A stretch of 64,000 nt of DNA from Neoechinorhynchus agilis (taxonomy: Eukaryota; Animalia; Acanthocephala): positions 15,391,480-15,455,479 of the forward strand of contig CM121342.1 of NCBI GenBank assembly GCA_051530055.1, written 5' to 3'. Shown here in pieces: positions 51,999-64,000 of this stretch. Numbering within the stretch: the first letter of the stretch is position 1; each line of letters opens with the position of its first letter. The translations under genes and the position numbers were made by a program. The notes under the pieces were generated by a model. It worked only from the letters and a program-made list of their open reading frames with translations, was not told the origin of the DNA and did not search any database.

Positions 51999-54096
51999 AA
52001 AATAAAAATTATTTTGATTTCAAAATTTCGGCGATTTTTCAGGGAATCATATGCTGAAAGTTTTGTCATCTAAACGGTCCTTGCGATAGTACTGGTGCTT
52101 GCTCTAGTGCTGATTGGCTCCAGAGGCAGTGATGGAGAAAAATATCCAGTTTCTTTGACAAACATTTAGTTTAATTTTATAACCTAGTGTTAAAAATTCA
52201 CAACGATTAATGCTATTAAAAATTTATTGTGCCTTCAGGTCTTTATGATGCAATGAAAACAGTTTTGTAAAACTTCCCCATAAAGGCACAAATTCTGATT
52301 GGCTGTTAACCGGTTAAAAGGAGAGTACATACGAAGATTAGCAGGAAAAACTACGAAAGCTCCAACTCATTTTGATAGTCTATGGCTATATATTGTCATC
52401 TCCGTGTGTCAGCGGCTTCTTTATAGCAAAGGTTTTTTCTCAAACTAGTGCTGCAGTGGCTAAAATTGGGCACCCTACTGAGCATTGGCATTGAAATTCC
52501 GAAAAAGGAAAGAAGCACTAAAAAATGTTGGCCAAAGGCTTGTTTTTACACTCTCATTCCTAATAAATTAAGACGAGTATGGATCTTTAGCGGGAGAGAT
52601 AATCTCGTTCAGGACTCACAAGAGTGTCGCGATCGATCTATCCAGTGTGTATTTTCATTGCGATGTTACGTCTCCGCTTTTTAGCTACGTCGTAAACGAT
52701 CGAATTAAAAAGGCACACATCGATGCGTTGATTGATAATAGGTTACCGTCGAACCTTTCCGTAACTATAAGCTGCGCGCTTCCGCTAATAAATCTATAAA
52801 CACCTCATGAACGTTTTGATAGGAGAAAACATTCGCGTATCCTTTGAATGTTGCTGAGTAAATCAATGGTTTTCGTTTATGAATTACCGAATCCCATGTT
52901 GGTTTGAGACAATACTATGACACGCAGCTCAAATTAATTCGAAAATTTTTAAATATAAATTTTTAACTCGTTGTGCATTGGCATTAATTAGTCGAAGTTC
53001 TTCGATGTCCTTTATGCTTTCCCTCCTTAAGAATGTAAATATTCAAATGAATCTCAAATGTTCTGACATTTTTGGCGTTTCGTCTTGCAATAAAATGCCC
53101 CTGGAAAGACCTTTAAAATGAGATCTATTTTGAAGGCCGTGGAAAATTCTCAGCAATTCGAATTCTCCTCGTTCGCAAAAATGGTAAAGCTTCGATAAGA
53201 TTTTCATTGGAGGCATTTCAGCCAATCACGCATAAAAAGAGATTTTTGCTTTGTGCTGTTAGCTTCTAATGCTTCTTGATAAAAGTGGATAAGTAAATCA
53301 ATTTTATAAAGTTGGCCGGCCGAAAATTATGGGATAGTTTACCAAATTCGAAGTAAGATTAATGAAAATTTTTTTGAAGATGCATTGCAACTTAAAATCT
53401 GAGCAAGTCTCAAAGCTCGAATTGACGTTTTATATGGGATTTTTTAAGAAATAAAATGCTGGTTAGGAAGCGCAAATTAATTAAATAGTACTTAAACAAT
53501 GGGCTTTTAACACTGTGATTTCTTTTTAAATTTTCGGTCTTTCTAAAGAACTATAATTCTATTTTCGGATAATATGAGGGACAATTAAAATTATGGTGAG
53601 CAAACTCCCGGGCATCGCATATTTCAAATAAATGAAATATTCGATTTCAGGGAGTGTGCTCACCACAATTATAATTTTATTATCCTGAGAGATTTTATAT
53701 TGGTGAATATCGACAATGTCGTTCACTGTTTTAATAAAGAGTTTCTCGGTCTTTATTCATTTATTAAATCGCTATCACTTAACATTTCTTTCCCAACACT
53801 TTTTACAGCAAGCATTTTAACATCCCATGAATTCTTGGCCATCGTGGCTTCAATTTCTTGACACCGTTTCGCCTATTGAAAATATTTCTACCGCTTAACT
53901 TGTGTGTCAATTATGAATCTAAAATTTCTTTACAATCCCATACTACGCTTTCACTCTTTTCTTTCCTTAGTTTCCATAAGTTTCTTTTCGCCATCTTAAT
54001 GAGCATTCTGTTCTCTCACTAACTTGTTCTGTTCTGTTTCGGCTAATTTTTTCGTTCATCGTTTTGGCTTCCAAATTTACAATACACATTTCTAAG

Positions 54097-54305
54097 AGAG
54101 ACGTATGGAGCGCTCAGCAGCTCGGCACTCTCTCTGCTCCAGGATGTCTCGGAGAAATTGATAGAGGCAACCGGAGACCCAAGAGCAGGTGTATTCCTTC
54201 GACAAAAATATCTCGCTGGCAGTACAACGAGGCAATGCTACCAGCGTGATGGCGACGGTCGAGGAAGGACAAAAGCTGGAATTTGGCGGGAAGTGGTGAG
54301 TGTGC
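54097..54305 (+). mobile_element. CRE-like retrotransposon 3' fragment, family A
   Basis: High nucleotide similarity, by eye, to the reverse complement of 62868-63075; frameshifted. Confidence 0.85.
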
Positions 54306-55369
54306 TTCAAACAGATTGTTTGAATTATAAAGATATATTATGTTTTTCAAATTACGAATATTCATTTTGAATATGCCAGCATGATCGAAATCATGAAAAT
54401 AAAACATATTAACCAGTTTAAATTTTTTAGAATGATGAGCATTACGAATCCTCAAGTTTCAGAAACATGAATGTAAAATGCAATACGGACGATAAAATAA
54501 TCGTTTGTCTTTGTTTGGAATCAGAGAAAAACTTATACTTAATAATATTTGGCTATATTTAGCAAAGAAACTTCATAACATGATTTGTTGCAAAACGAGA
54601 GACAATACTATGAACTTGAAATTGTGTTTTGCCAACAAATATTGTATTCAATTATTGCTAACAAATTGCCATGTTCATCCTTAATGCTTGTGAATCTGCG
54701 ATATTGGTTGCTCATTTGTTTTCGAGATGAAACAATTCTTATTTTATATGAAGACTACGTATGCCCACCTTGCTTCTAGTTTCAACTAACGTGTTAAATA
54801 TAATTCCGTAAATACAATTCAAACATATGGAAAAATAAGATCAATTATTATCTAGAGATTTCACTTTAATCTTGGAACAAGTAGCTAGTTAACTTTACTG
54901 CGGCCCAGGACCTCGACAATCAATTGTCTAAGAGATTTAGACGAATCAATAACGATCCGATGGCAGGAGCACTCCTACTGCAAAACGTAAGATTGGCTAT
55001 GCAAAAGGTGAGGAACGCTGCATCCCAATTTTCAACCATAACACCAGGACGGCAGTTGCATGAACGTTTTTAAACTCTTATTGATTAAAAAATGAACTTG
55101 TAGTTGTTAACTTAAGTTTCAAACATTATTGATGTTGGGTGAAATTGTGTTGGCTTATGCAAATCATTTCCCACCTCGGCTTTTTGACCGAATGATGTTG
55201 TATACTTTTAAAGTTAGTGCCAAATAAGTTCACAAAAAGGATAAAGTATTTATTAAAAATAAGAGGTATATTTAAATATATACTTCTGACATTGATGTAG
55301 AGCATATTAAGGGTTGTTAAATTAATAATCCCATTGCAATAGCTTTTACAATGTCGGTTTGCTTGAATT

Positions 55370-56068
55370 CTAATCTCTGAAAAGCTCCATTTGCAATTCC
55401 AATCTATGCGGAACTTCAGGGATCGGCCTTCCAACCGTAAACATTTAAGTATTGAAAAAGATGGTACTAAAAGTTTTCTTACCAGCAAAGCTTCTTGACC
55501 CTTGGATGCAATCCTATAATTTCGCCACCGAAAATTCGCCAATCGTTGGTTCCCAAAGCGTATATAGTCAAATACGAGAAGAGAAGAGAAATAACAGATA
55601 GCAAAATGCCACAGCGGGCAAAAAACCACGAATATTTGTAAGTTTGCACCGTCTTATTTCCTTCGGACAAGTACAAACCCATTCCTATAGTACTGCAGGC
55701 AACTAAATCAAAAAGAAATCAATTACTTTAATTCCGATAAAATACTCACGTGTAAACTGTTCGATAACGGAAGCCAGCAGTAAAAGCGCAAAAGATGCTC
55801 TTCTAGTGCACATACTGAACACAAAACAAATCCAAAATGCAACCACGTGCATCGATCCTGAGCATAGAAATAGCACGGCAGATATTTTTTCTTGACTAGA
55901 GACATAAAATCCACCACTAAATTGTACTTCGGACTCGTTTCTCAGGCGGAAAAATTCATTGGCGCATTCTGTTGGATGCACAAAAATGACAGTATATGTG
56001 AGAACTGCGGCCAGAAAATAGACGATGACCAAACTACAGCTTACAGCTTTAGGAATCGATAAATTCAT
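55370..56068 (-). CDS. Orphan four-transmembrane protein with claudin/PMP22-like topology, 3 exons
   Basis: TM1, then a Cys-containing loop with an N-glycosylation site (NES), TM2, TM3, short loop and TM4. GTGAGT and GTAAGA donors join ORFs 55703-56068 and 55479-55682 to a short final exon ending TAG at 55370. The W-GLW claudin motif is not seen. Confidence 0.55.
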
Positions 56069-56440
56069 TGATCGATGAGTGAATGGTATATGCGTTTAGA
56101 GTAGTGCAGGAATACTTCCCCGATCTCACTTAGGCAGGGTTTTTTGGGTCGCAAATATAAACACACAAATATTTATTCTAGGGCAATCAAACAAAAAACA
56201 ACAACCTGATTGTTCCTTCCACGATTTAAAATCGGCGGTCAAAAAAGTATTTTTGCAGGAGGAAATAAGTAAACAGTCCATTTTACAGCGGCATGTTTCA
56301 ATGTATGCAATGACTCGAATTCATTGAACAACAACGAAGTTTTAATCACTTGACGTTTACCGATACCGAAGAATAATCTCGTTAATCACGTCTATGAGGT
56401 AACCGGTTTATTTAATAGAGCGATTTTTTTATGTGAACTC

Positions 56441-57010
56441 ATTCATACCACCGCTCTGGATCACTCAGCTGCCGTCTAGTTGTAACGCTAGAAAGGACGG
56501 ATGCAGCGTCCCCTCGTTGCACAGCAAAACTTATGTTTTGTAGGAGGAATGCTCCTGCCCTCCCATACCCAGTGATTCGTCTCAATCTCTTAGACAATTG
56601 CTTGACCAGGTCCTGCGCCGTGGTACAAAATGATTCGAGCGTCTCGACGCCATAGGGAACAAAAATAATGATTTCGAATCAAGTCTCTGTATTTTGCCCT
56701 TTTGCGTTCCTCAGCGGCGGTTGTTGCTCCCCCTGGTTTAACGGCGGCGAATTTTATGTTGCTGGCTCCGAGCGTGTCCAGATATTGGGCGCATCCACAG
56801 TATTCAGGGCACGACTAAGAATTGTGTTCACTTCGGCGTGCCGTGAGTACCTCCCGCCTGATTGCCGACAGACAAGACCACGACGCCCCGATGGTTCCAC
56901 GGTCGCTCCGCAACGCCAGCAATGGGATATGCACATTACCCAAAGAAACGATTGGGATAAGCGTTGAGCCAAGCACCCGATTCTCTTGTAGAGACTGCCG
57001 CCTGTTTGCT
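56441..57010 (-). mobile_element. CRE-like non-LTR retrotransposon 3' fragment, family B (Zn knuckle plus restriction-like endonuclease), degenerate
   Basis: SGAWLNAYP, CWRCGATVEPSGRRGLVCRQSGGRYSRHAEVN and a PYGVE-like region; frameshifts and deletions. Confidence 0.85.
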
Positions 57011-57326
57011 ATTGTCAAAATTCTTAGTGATTAAAATTAAGAAAGTTTCAATGTGGATTCGGCTAAGTATCAACATAGGCATTAAAAAACTGAAACCTCG
57101 CGAAAATGGCAGAGAATGCGAAAAATAAGTAAGGCACAAAGTGAGTACATGCCGCTATGCAAATGATAGAGTTGTATAAACTTTTACAATAAAGATTGCA
57201 CAAAAATATTAGAAAGCCGACACCCAAAACTAAAGACCTGTTTCCCATAGAAATTCATTGTATAGATGAAATGATTTTTGTGTAGTTCATACACGCCTTA
57301 AATCTAGGTGTATCCAGCCCGCACAA

Positions 57327-60298
57327 TTACATAGCTGCAACGTCGTCTTCATCGTTTTCTTGGAATTTTTCATTGTTTGACTTACTTTCATCACTGGCTT
57401 CACCGCTCAATGCTCTCTCGCGGATAATGTTTGCTACACCTTCGGGATTGCTGACATTTTGTGCACTAATGCTCTTGATTTCGAACCGGGCATCAATGGA
57501 AGCCTCACTTCCGAATCCACTTGGAGTTGGACTCATAAGTGCACTGTACGGCTGAGCAGGGTTCACGGTGCTTTCATGAGGAAGCAGCATCGGTGAAGCA
57601 CGGAACAAATAGAAGAATGGATAATTCAAGATTTTGAATGAACTCGTCGCATAGATGTCGGCGTAGCGACTGACCTGACTAGAAAACTGGGTTTGATATG
57701 CACCTGCTCAACTATTTACAAGTAACGAAGGTCTTATATCAGCTAACCTTTCCGGAACAACGATCCAAGAAGTCCATATTGCCGATCCATCTCTGAACGT
57801 ACTTCTTTTATGGCTTTGATTTCGTTTGTGAAATCAGGGGCGTCAATAGCTGTGCTGTCGTACGTCCTTCCATGTAAAAATGTGAGTTTAATTTGAATAA
57901 AAAATGAAAGGCTTACATTAATCGCATTGCTATCACTCCATACAGTTTATCTATTCTTTTAAATAAATTTCTTTTTAGGTGGAAGATCTTAAGTTCGTGT
58001 TCCAGCTCTGGAATAACGAGGAACGTTCGCCAGGCTCGTTGTTTTTTGCTTCGGATTATATCGCCGTAAATGTGGTCGCCAACGTAGAGAACGTCTTTTC
58101 CCTGTGCACCAATCAATTTCGAAAACACTTTACATGAACCTGTGAAGCAAGGAAATCAAGCTTTAAGAATTCTTCGTGATTACTTAAGAGCATTTTCAAC
58201 CCTGAAATCAAAATTGTATAGGAATTTATGGGAAATGCCACTTTAATCTGTCCTGTTCAAATCTTTAGCGCTTTGAATTTGAACTCAACGTACTGAACGA
58301 CGCTAAATAATTTCGTGTTACGTTAAAAGGAAAATAACTTAGGCCTTTTGCTTAGAATATTCAATGATTTTGCTTCTGGATTTACCTAATAATATTTCAG
58401 TTGCTTAAACAAATCGGCTATGTTTTGTCCTAGAAGCGATCCCTCTTACAATTTAAATTGAAGCGCTCACCTCCCGAATAAACAGTCGATCGCTCAATAG
58501 GCCCCTTACAGCAATGGTAATCGACAATTCAAAAAAAGAATCAATCTACACATCGATAACCATTGCTATCTCTATAGTGCCCCATCGACATTTTCTTCGT
58601 TACCTACAAACATGAGAAAATATCACATTAAAGGTCACATAAGTTCGAATACTCACGGCATTGAACTTCCTTAAGGGAGTACCTTCTGCGAAGAAAGCCG
58701 GCTTTCGTGCATCTACGACAATATAATCAAAATATTGATTCCAATCTTTAGTTTCCAAGAGGAAAGGCATAACAATATTAGTGTACCAATAATCGCTATT
58801 GGTCAACAAGAAACTCTTTGCCCCATACTGTCTTATCCTTTCGAGCATCGTTTTCACTTGAGGTGATTTTACAATAAAATCTTCCAGGTTCTCAGCTATT
58901 GCTGTCTTAAGATCCCGCTGATGGGCCGGTGTTAAACAAAAAACTGTAATATATAAACAGTGCTCACTTCTTGGTGGACGAGATCTGTGTTCGACCGGAC
59001 GTCTTCGCAGATTGCTTCATAGGATATATATACGTCGTCTTTTGTAGTCACACCATTCGGATCACTTAAATTTATCATGAAAATGGATTTCTTGTGTTGC
59101 TTTTGCACTTACATTTTATAATCCGGACAAACCGAAAAATGATTTACGAGTGCTGCAAGTAAATATATTTCTGGTAGATTGAACAATGAGTCCAACACCA
59201 CATATCGATCTGGGTCGTAGGTAACGTATGCGTTTGGGTAGAGGGGTTCTACCATGTTCCTATGGATGTTCATCAAAAGTTATGGAATCGGCTATGAAAA
59301 AGGAACATGCCATATAACAATTTAAGAAAAAGTCCCAAGGTTGTGTGGGTTTTCAGATTCCAAAACCTTACTTTTTGAAATGATCAAGGTAGCGTATTTT
59401 TTGTAAATTCCAGGAAAGACTTTAAAACTAACTGAACCTCTAAAAACCTTTTCGTTCTGTAAATATCGGTTTACATTTTAAATGATCGTTGACCTTATTG
59501 TCGATATAAAGTTTTCAGCTTGCCGTGATTCAAAAGTAATCCAGCGATATCGTTGGCATGCATAAAAGCTGTTTTTTTCCGCAGATCTAAATCCCAAGAG
59601 CCGAGGACACCTTCAGCGCTATTAAGGTTTTTGTTCCAATACCATAGATCATTAAAAAACAAAATAATAGGATAATCCCCATAAATCTGTATATTAAAAA
59701 GAACTACAAGCGAGCAATCCCTGGCATAAAACCAACGTTCCGGTGAAAGCATTAAAATAATCAAACTGTGGCGCATAAAAATAGCACAAAACTCTCTAAA
59801 GTGACAAAGTATCTACCTTCCCAGCTTTGTAAAACCATGAATGCATAGTAAGATGTTATGATTCGAGTCGACTTTCAAGAAATTTCCATATACTTTGTCG
59901 AACCATAAGCCTCTGTTTTTCAGAATAATACTAGATTAGGCGACATGGAAAATTCGCTTACCTTATCGGAAATTCAGGATTGTACTTTAAAGCGAGAATC
60001 TCTTCTGGATAACCAGCCGCTACCAACTTTTTGACAACAAGGTTGAAAACGTATGCTTCAAAATACGGCGACTTGTATATAGCCAGAGTGTAGTCCATGT
60101 CAAAGCCATAGAATTTGACGTCTTGTAGGTTCAATAGACGATTAACGAATATTCTGATCAAAGAAGTAGATTGCGCCCAATGAAGGTCTTAACATACCGT
60201 TTAGTTGTTTCGCGACGTTGGTAAGGTATTTCATCAATGCCGTAATCGGTTTCCATTGACAAATCATCCATTTCAGATGATGGTGACGGTGTTGACAT
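57327..60298 (-). CDS. NT5C2: Cytosolic purine 5'-nucleotidase (cN-II, HAD family), multi-exon
   Basis: [20 protein letters not shown] (motif I), [40 protein letters not shown] and RYADIY..PHES. Confidence 0.95.
58507..58574 (-). mobile_element. TA-bounded 66-nt insertion with 15-16-bp inverted repeat in the NT5C2 coding sequence
   Basis: Gene-sense left end TA-GAGA-TAGCAATGGTTATCGA; right end (reverse complement) TA-CAGCAATGGTAATCGA. Removal gives [16 protein letters not shown] (cf. recalled human GTYTGPLQHGIVYSGG). Confidence 0.65.
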
Positions 60299-60430
60299 CT
60301 TATAAAGAACCAAATACTTTTGCAATCTATCGGAACAAGCACAGTCCATTCACTCTCTATTGTCAGTATAATTAATGGGCGCGGGTAGTTGCCATGGTTG
60401 CTATTTTATAACTGGACAAAAAGTATTTAC

Positions 60431-60930
60431 AAACACGCTCTGGATCAATCAGCTGTCGTATTGGCGTATTGGTAGAAAGGACGGATTTCCCCCCTCCCTG
60501 TTGCAGGGCAAGATTTATGTTTTGTAGGAGGATTGCTCCTGCCCTCGGATCGCCAGTTGTTCGTCTAAAACTCTTAGACAATTGATTGTCGAGGTCCTGC
60601 GCGCTCTCGGTCTCGACCCCAAAGAAATAATGATTTCGACCCAGGTCCCTGTATTTGGATTTTTTGCGATCCTCAGCAGCGGCAACAGCGGCGAATTTTA
60701 CGCTGTTGGCCACAGTGACTAAGAATTGCATCGTTAGTATCTTCCGTTTGATTGGCGACGGACGATACCATGGCGTCCCGGTGGCTCCGCGGTCGCTCGG
60801 CAACGGGAGCGGCGGAAACTCTGTTTCGATTCTTCGCATTTTATGGTCACAATTGCACTGACCCGCGGCGACACTCGTCCTTTTAAGGGCATAAATAAGG
60901 CGAATTGCGATTTTTGTTGAGAATACATAG
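60431..60930 (-). mobile_element. CRE-like retrotransposon 3' fragment, family B, immediately upstream of NT5C2
   Basis: CRATAEPPGRHGIVRRQSNGRY, AAEDRKKSKY..FGVET, TGDPRAG..L.QNI.LALQQG; nucleotide similarity to 56441-57010. Confidence 0.85.
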
Positions 60931-61394
60931 TAAGGGCGGGTCCGACGTTTCACAATAACGCATTGGATATCTCATAAGAATCTTGGCTCATATTTAAGCA
61001 ACCCTTAAAAAACAATTTGTTGAGTTGCCATTGTGGAACGACGACTGTAGTACAATGACATTTTCAAGTTAGACGCCGAGGTCGCAAAGACTGCATAAAG
61101 ACAATGCCGTTCTGCGAACTCAGCCATTTTATATTAACATCTTCGAATTCTTCAGTCTGCAAGCATAACGCCTACACGAAAATTAAGATCAATTGAACTA
61201 AACACATAGACTACCGCCATGAATCGCTTAGTCGCATTTCTTCTGAATCCGGATTTTGTCGTCTTTGAACCAGATACTAACTTATCGATCAATCGATTAA
61301 GCATTTCTTTGTTTCATTAGGATAGATCGGCCGTAATACCAAGCTAGAATTTCTAATAAAAGCATTTTTCGATTTGCAGCTTTAAAATTTAGTA

Positions 61395-61585
61395 TACTTT
61401 TGGTGAAAGTAATCCCGGTCATAAAATATTTGATTTATACTGGAAGTATTTCGAAAGAGGAAACCTGGCCTCATCAGTCATCTAAAAATGGGTCTTACAC
61501 ATTCAGGTTATATTGCTCGGCTACCTCGCGAAATATTTCGAATAAATCAAATATGCTATGACCGAGATTATTTTCACCAAAAGTA
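61395..61585. mobile_element. TA-flanked MITE, ~191 bp with ~44-bp TIRs
   Basis: TACTTTTGGTGAAAGTAATCCCGGTCATAAAATATTTGATTTAT vs reverse complement of the right end TACTTTTGGTGAAAATAATCTCGGTCATAGCATATTTGATTTAT. Confidence 0.9.
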
Positions 61586-62867
61586 TTCTTTGATTATCCC
61601 GAAGGATTGATGATTAAAATTTTGTGTCCGAGAAGCCAATGCTGGCGAAAGCGTTGTCCGAAAATTTCCAATCGCATAGATCGACGAGTAACATACTAAA
61701 TGCTTTTCAGAATTTATTACGATCTATTAATTATTCTCGTAGCATCAACCACGAAGCAGCTCGCAGTCGCGCGTAGTCGCGCCATTTTGCTGAACGACTG
61801 TGCTTACCTCTGATTAAAGTCTTATTTCGGTGGTCTCCTCACTCATTGGACTGCTTAGAGTTTCATTCGATAACCCACAAAAATGTCCATTGATGGTATT
61901 TTGGAAAGAATTTTTCTGGTCGCTTCGTCATGTTTAGTTCGTCTCCTTTTGCTCGGCATTTTGTGGCGAAAGTGATACTTCAATCCATAGACAATTGACG
62001 AACAATTAGGAATCGATGTTAGCAAAGCATTGTCGTCTTGTTCTTCACAAAAAACGCTCGAATTGAGCTTATTCACTTCAACAATACTGCTAAATCTTTG
62101 CTGTTTTTAGATGGAAAATGTTGCTACTTTATTCTATCTTAATAACTCATTCCGCTAATTATCAAAATGCTTTCAAGAACTTAAGATCCAATGTCCATAC
62201 TTGGACACAAAATAGCACATCCATGGGTATAAACTAAATCTTAACAGCTAGAAACGTTCGAGCATTGAGATGTCTACAGTAGGGCAATTTAAATAATATA
62301 TTATCGAGAATCAACCTAGTACGAAGAACATTGAAACGACTTTTTCGTGTTGAGAATACGACCCTTAAGTCTTCGATTATTTGTCAGCGAGAGCGAACTT
62401 CACTTCGTTTGACTAAATCGCATTTAGGAAGCGAAACATCCCGATGTAATCGGCACAGACTGAGTACCACTTCTGCTGTAACTGCGGATAAGCTTGCCAT
62501 GTTCCACAAGGGAAGTTCCTAATCATCAATAAAATGGAAGCATTTTTGGAGGCAATGAGTATGAGTGCCTCTCCATGCATAATGTAATGCTTTCTCCATC
62601 GCACACTCGTCTTCAAGTAGAAATTAATCACAGGGAGTTTCCGGGTCTCATGTATTACTAGAAGTTCTTACATACAAAATTATTTCATTTGTTTTATAAT
62701 ATTTTCCCATTTCTAATATTCTTTTTGCCCCCTCACTTCGCATTGCCTCAATCTTGTATAATCAATTTCCATCATATATGTTCCTAGAATTAATGAAACG
62801 TTTTCTGCAATTTTTTTTCACAAACAACTATTTATCCAAGCGTTTTTCAATCAAATTAATTCGTTGC

Positions 62868-63424
62868 CACACTCACCACCTCCCGCCGAATTCCAGCTTT
62901 TGTCCTTCCTCGACCGTCGCCATCACGCTGGCAGCATTGCCCCGTTGTACTGCTAGCGAGATATTTTGTCGAAGGAATACACCTGCTCTTGAGTCTCCGG
63001 TTGCCTCTCTCAATTTCTTCGAGAGATCCTGGAGCAGAGAAAGTGCCGAGTTGCCGAGCGCTCCATACGTCTCTACCCCAAAGGGGACAAAATAGTGAGC
63101 CCTCGATAAGTGAAGATATTTCCGTATTTTCCTCCCTTCTGCTGCACTGGCGGCACCACCGGCGATTTCGAAGGAGTAGGGGATGTTGCTGGCTGCGATG
63201 GTATCCACACACGTGGCGTCCCAGAGAAGGCATTTGCCCTCCCGCCACGGGAAGACCGAAATTCCATCGGGCCTACGGCCGTCTAGTCTACAGAGGTGGG
63301 CGGGTTCCAGGATGTTCGGGAAGTTCGCCGTTCTCAACGCCCGAGAAATTGCGTCATTGATTTCAGAATGGCGTGAGAACCTTCCTGCTGACCTTCTGCA
63401 GACGACTCCTACTAAACCGAACAA
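62868..63424 (-). mobile_element. 5'-truncated CRE-like non-LTR retrotransposon, family A, with an open restriction-like endonuclease frame
   Basis: CRRSAGRFSRHSEINDAISRAL..LEP..DGRRPDGISVFPW..GKCLLWDATCVDT..K.RKY..FVPFGVETYG..QNISLAVQRGNAASV (R-PD-x-D..K type RLE). Confidence 0.9.
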
Positions 63425-64000
63425 TGAGACTATGAATGCAATCTATAGTTTGGGAATAATATGCCGCATTTTTCTCAAAAAAGACCATGAAAAGTTTACG
63501 CTTTTGTATCGCCCCCAACGTGCCGCCATGAGCAAGAATTTAATCGAGCTAAAAAAATTGATATCTTGTTTTACGATAACACAGAACCAGAAAGTGTTAA
63601 TTAGAAGAAGTCGCTCACTCAAATTTCTTATCTCTGTTCAATTTCTCGCCTCTGACCCATTTTATTGCTACACCTTTAGTTATCTATAGCCATTCAACCA
63701 AACCTTCGCGTGTATTAAATTCCACCTTTCGTCTTATTTACAGCTTTTATTTTGGTCGCCCGTATTACACTCTCATCCTTTTTTCGTTCTTCTCTTTACT
63801 ATTCTAATCATTTTTTCCTTTTCTCTTCCTCACATTCTTTAGTCCACGTATTTTCAATCATTAAAGGCCACACTATGCATTTCCGGTTGTCTTTAAGCCA
63901 TCTAGAATCTCACCTATTCTTGGTGGGATTACTTCCTCTATTTTCCCACAATCCATGTAAATCTTTTAAACTGAATCTCCCTCTATATTCTTGGAATGCA

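Noticed and set aside
53043-53225. GILLQDETPK resembles the mariner LLHDNARPH motif
   Set aside because: Single short motif; adjacent frames show no other transposase motifs and no TIRs were found.
61557-61570. CTATGACCGA shared between the MITE arm and the CTH insertion left end
   Set aside because: Only 10 bp, it does not extend, and it is internal to the MITE TIR rather than terminal.
1-64000. CRISPR arrays, rRNA, tRNA, alternative genetic code
   Set aside because: No spaced repeat arrays or structural RNA genes were recognised by eye; TAA, TAG and TGA all act as stops at conserved C-termini, arguing against a ciliate-type code despite the IES-like elements.

Overview
AT-rich, compact animal (metazoan) nuclear DNA using the standard genetic code, with many 40-55 nt GT-AG introns and fast-evolving proteins. 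The species cannot be identified from sequence alone. Genes in order: 3' half of an ABCC/MRP transporter, a TIMMDC1-like gene, a secreted mucin-like ORF, a ~16 kb Trio/kalirin/UNC-73-like RhoGEF locus, an orphan gene, three tandem SLC17 transporters, cystathionine gamma-lyase (CTH), PLAA/Ufd3, TAF1, a 4-TM orphan and NT5C2. Repeats include CRE-like non-LTR retrotransposon 3' fragments, Ty3/gypsy remnants, TA-flanked MITEs and Penelope-like hammerhead-core repeats. The main observation is that four conserved genes (Trio, CTH, PLAA, NT5C2) are each interrupted by an unrelated insertion of 66-1304 nt. Each insertion is bounded by TA on both sides and carries its own 11-16 bp subterminal inverted repeat. 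Removing it TA-to-TA, keeping one TA, restores the frame with the expected homologous spacing. In PLAA no canonical splice can keep the conserved motif. This suggests a structure-guided class of non-canonical, MITE-derived introns or IES-like DNA excision. All protein family assignments come from recalled motifs, not database searches.
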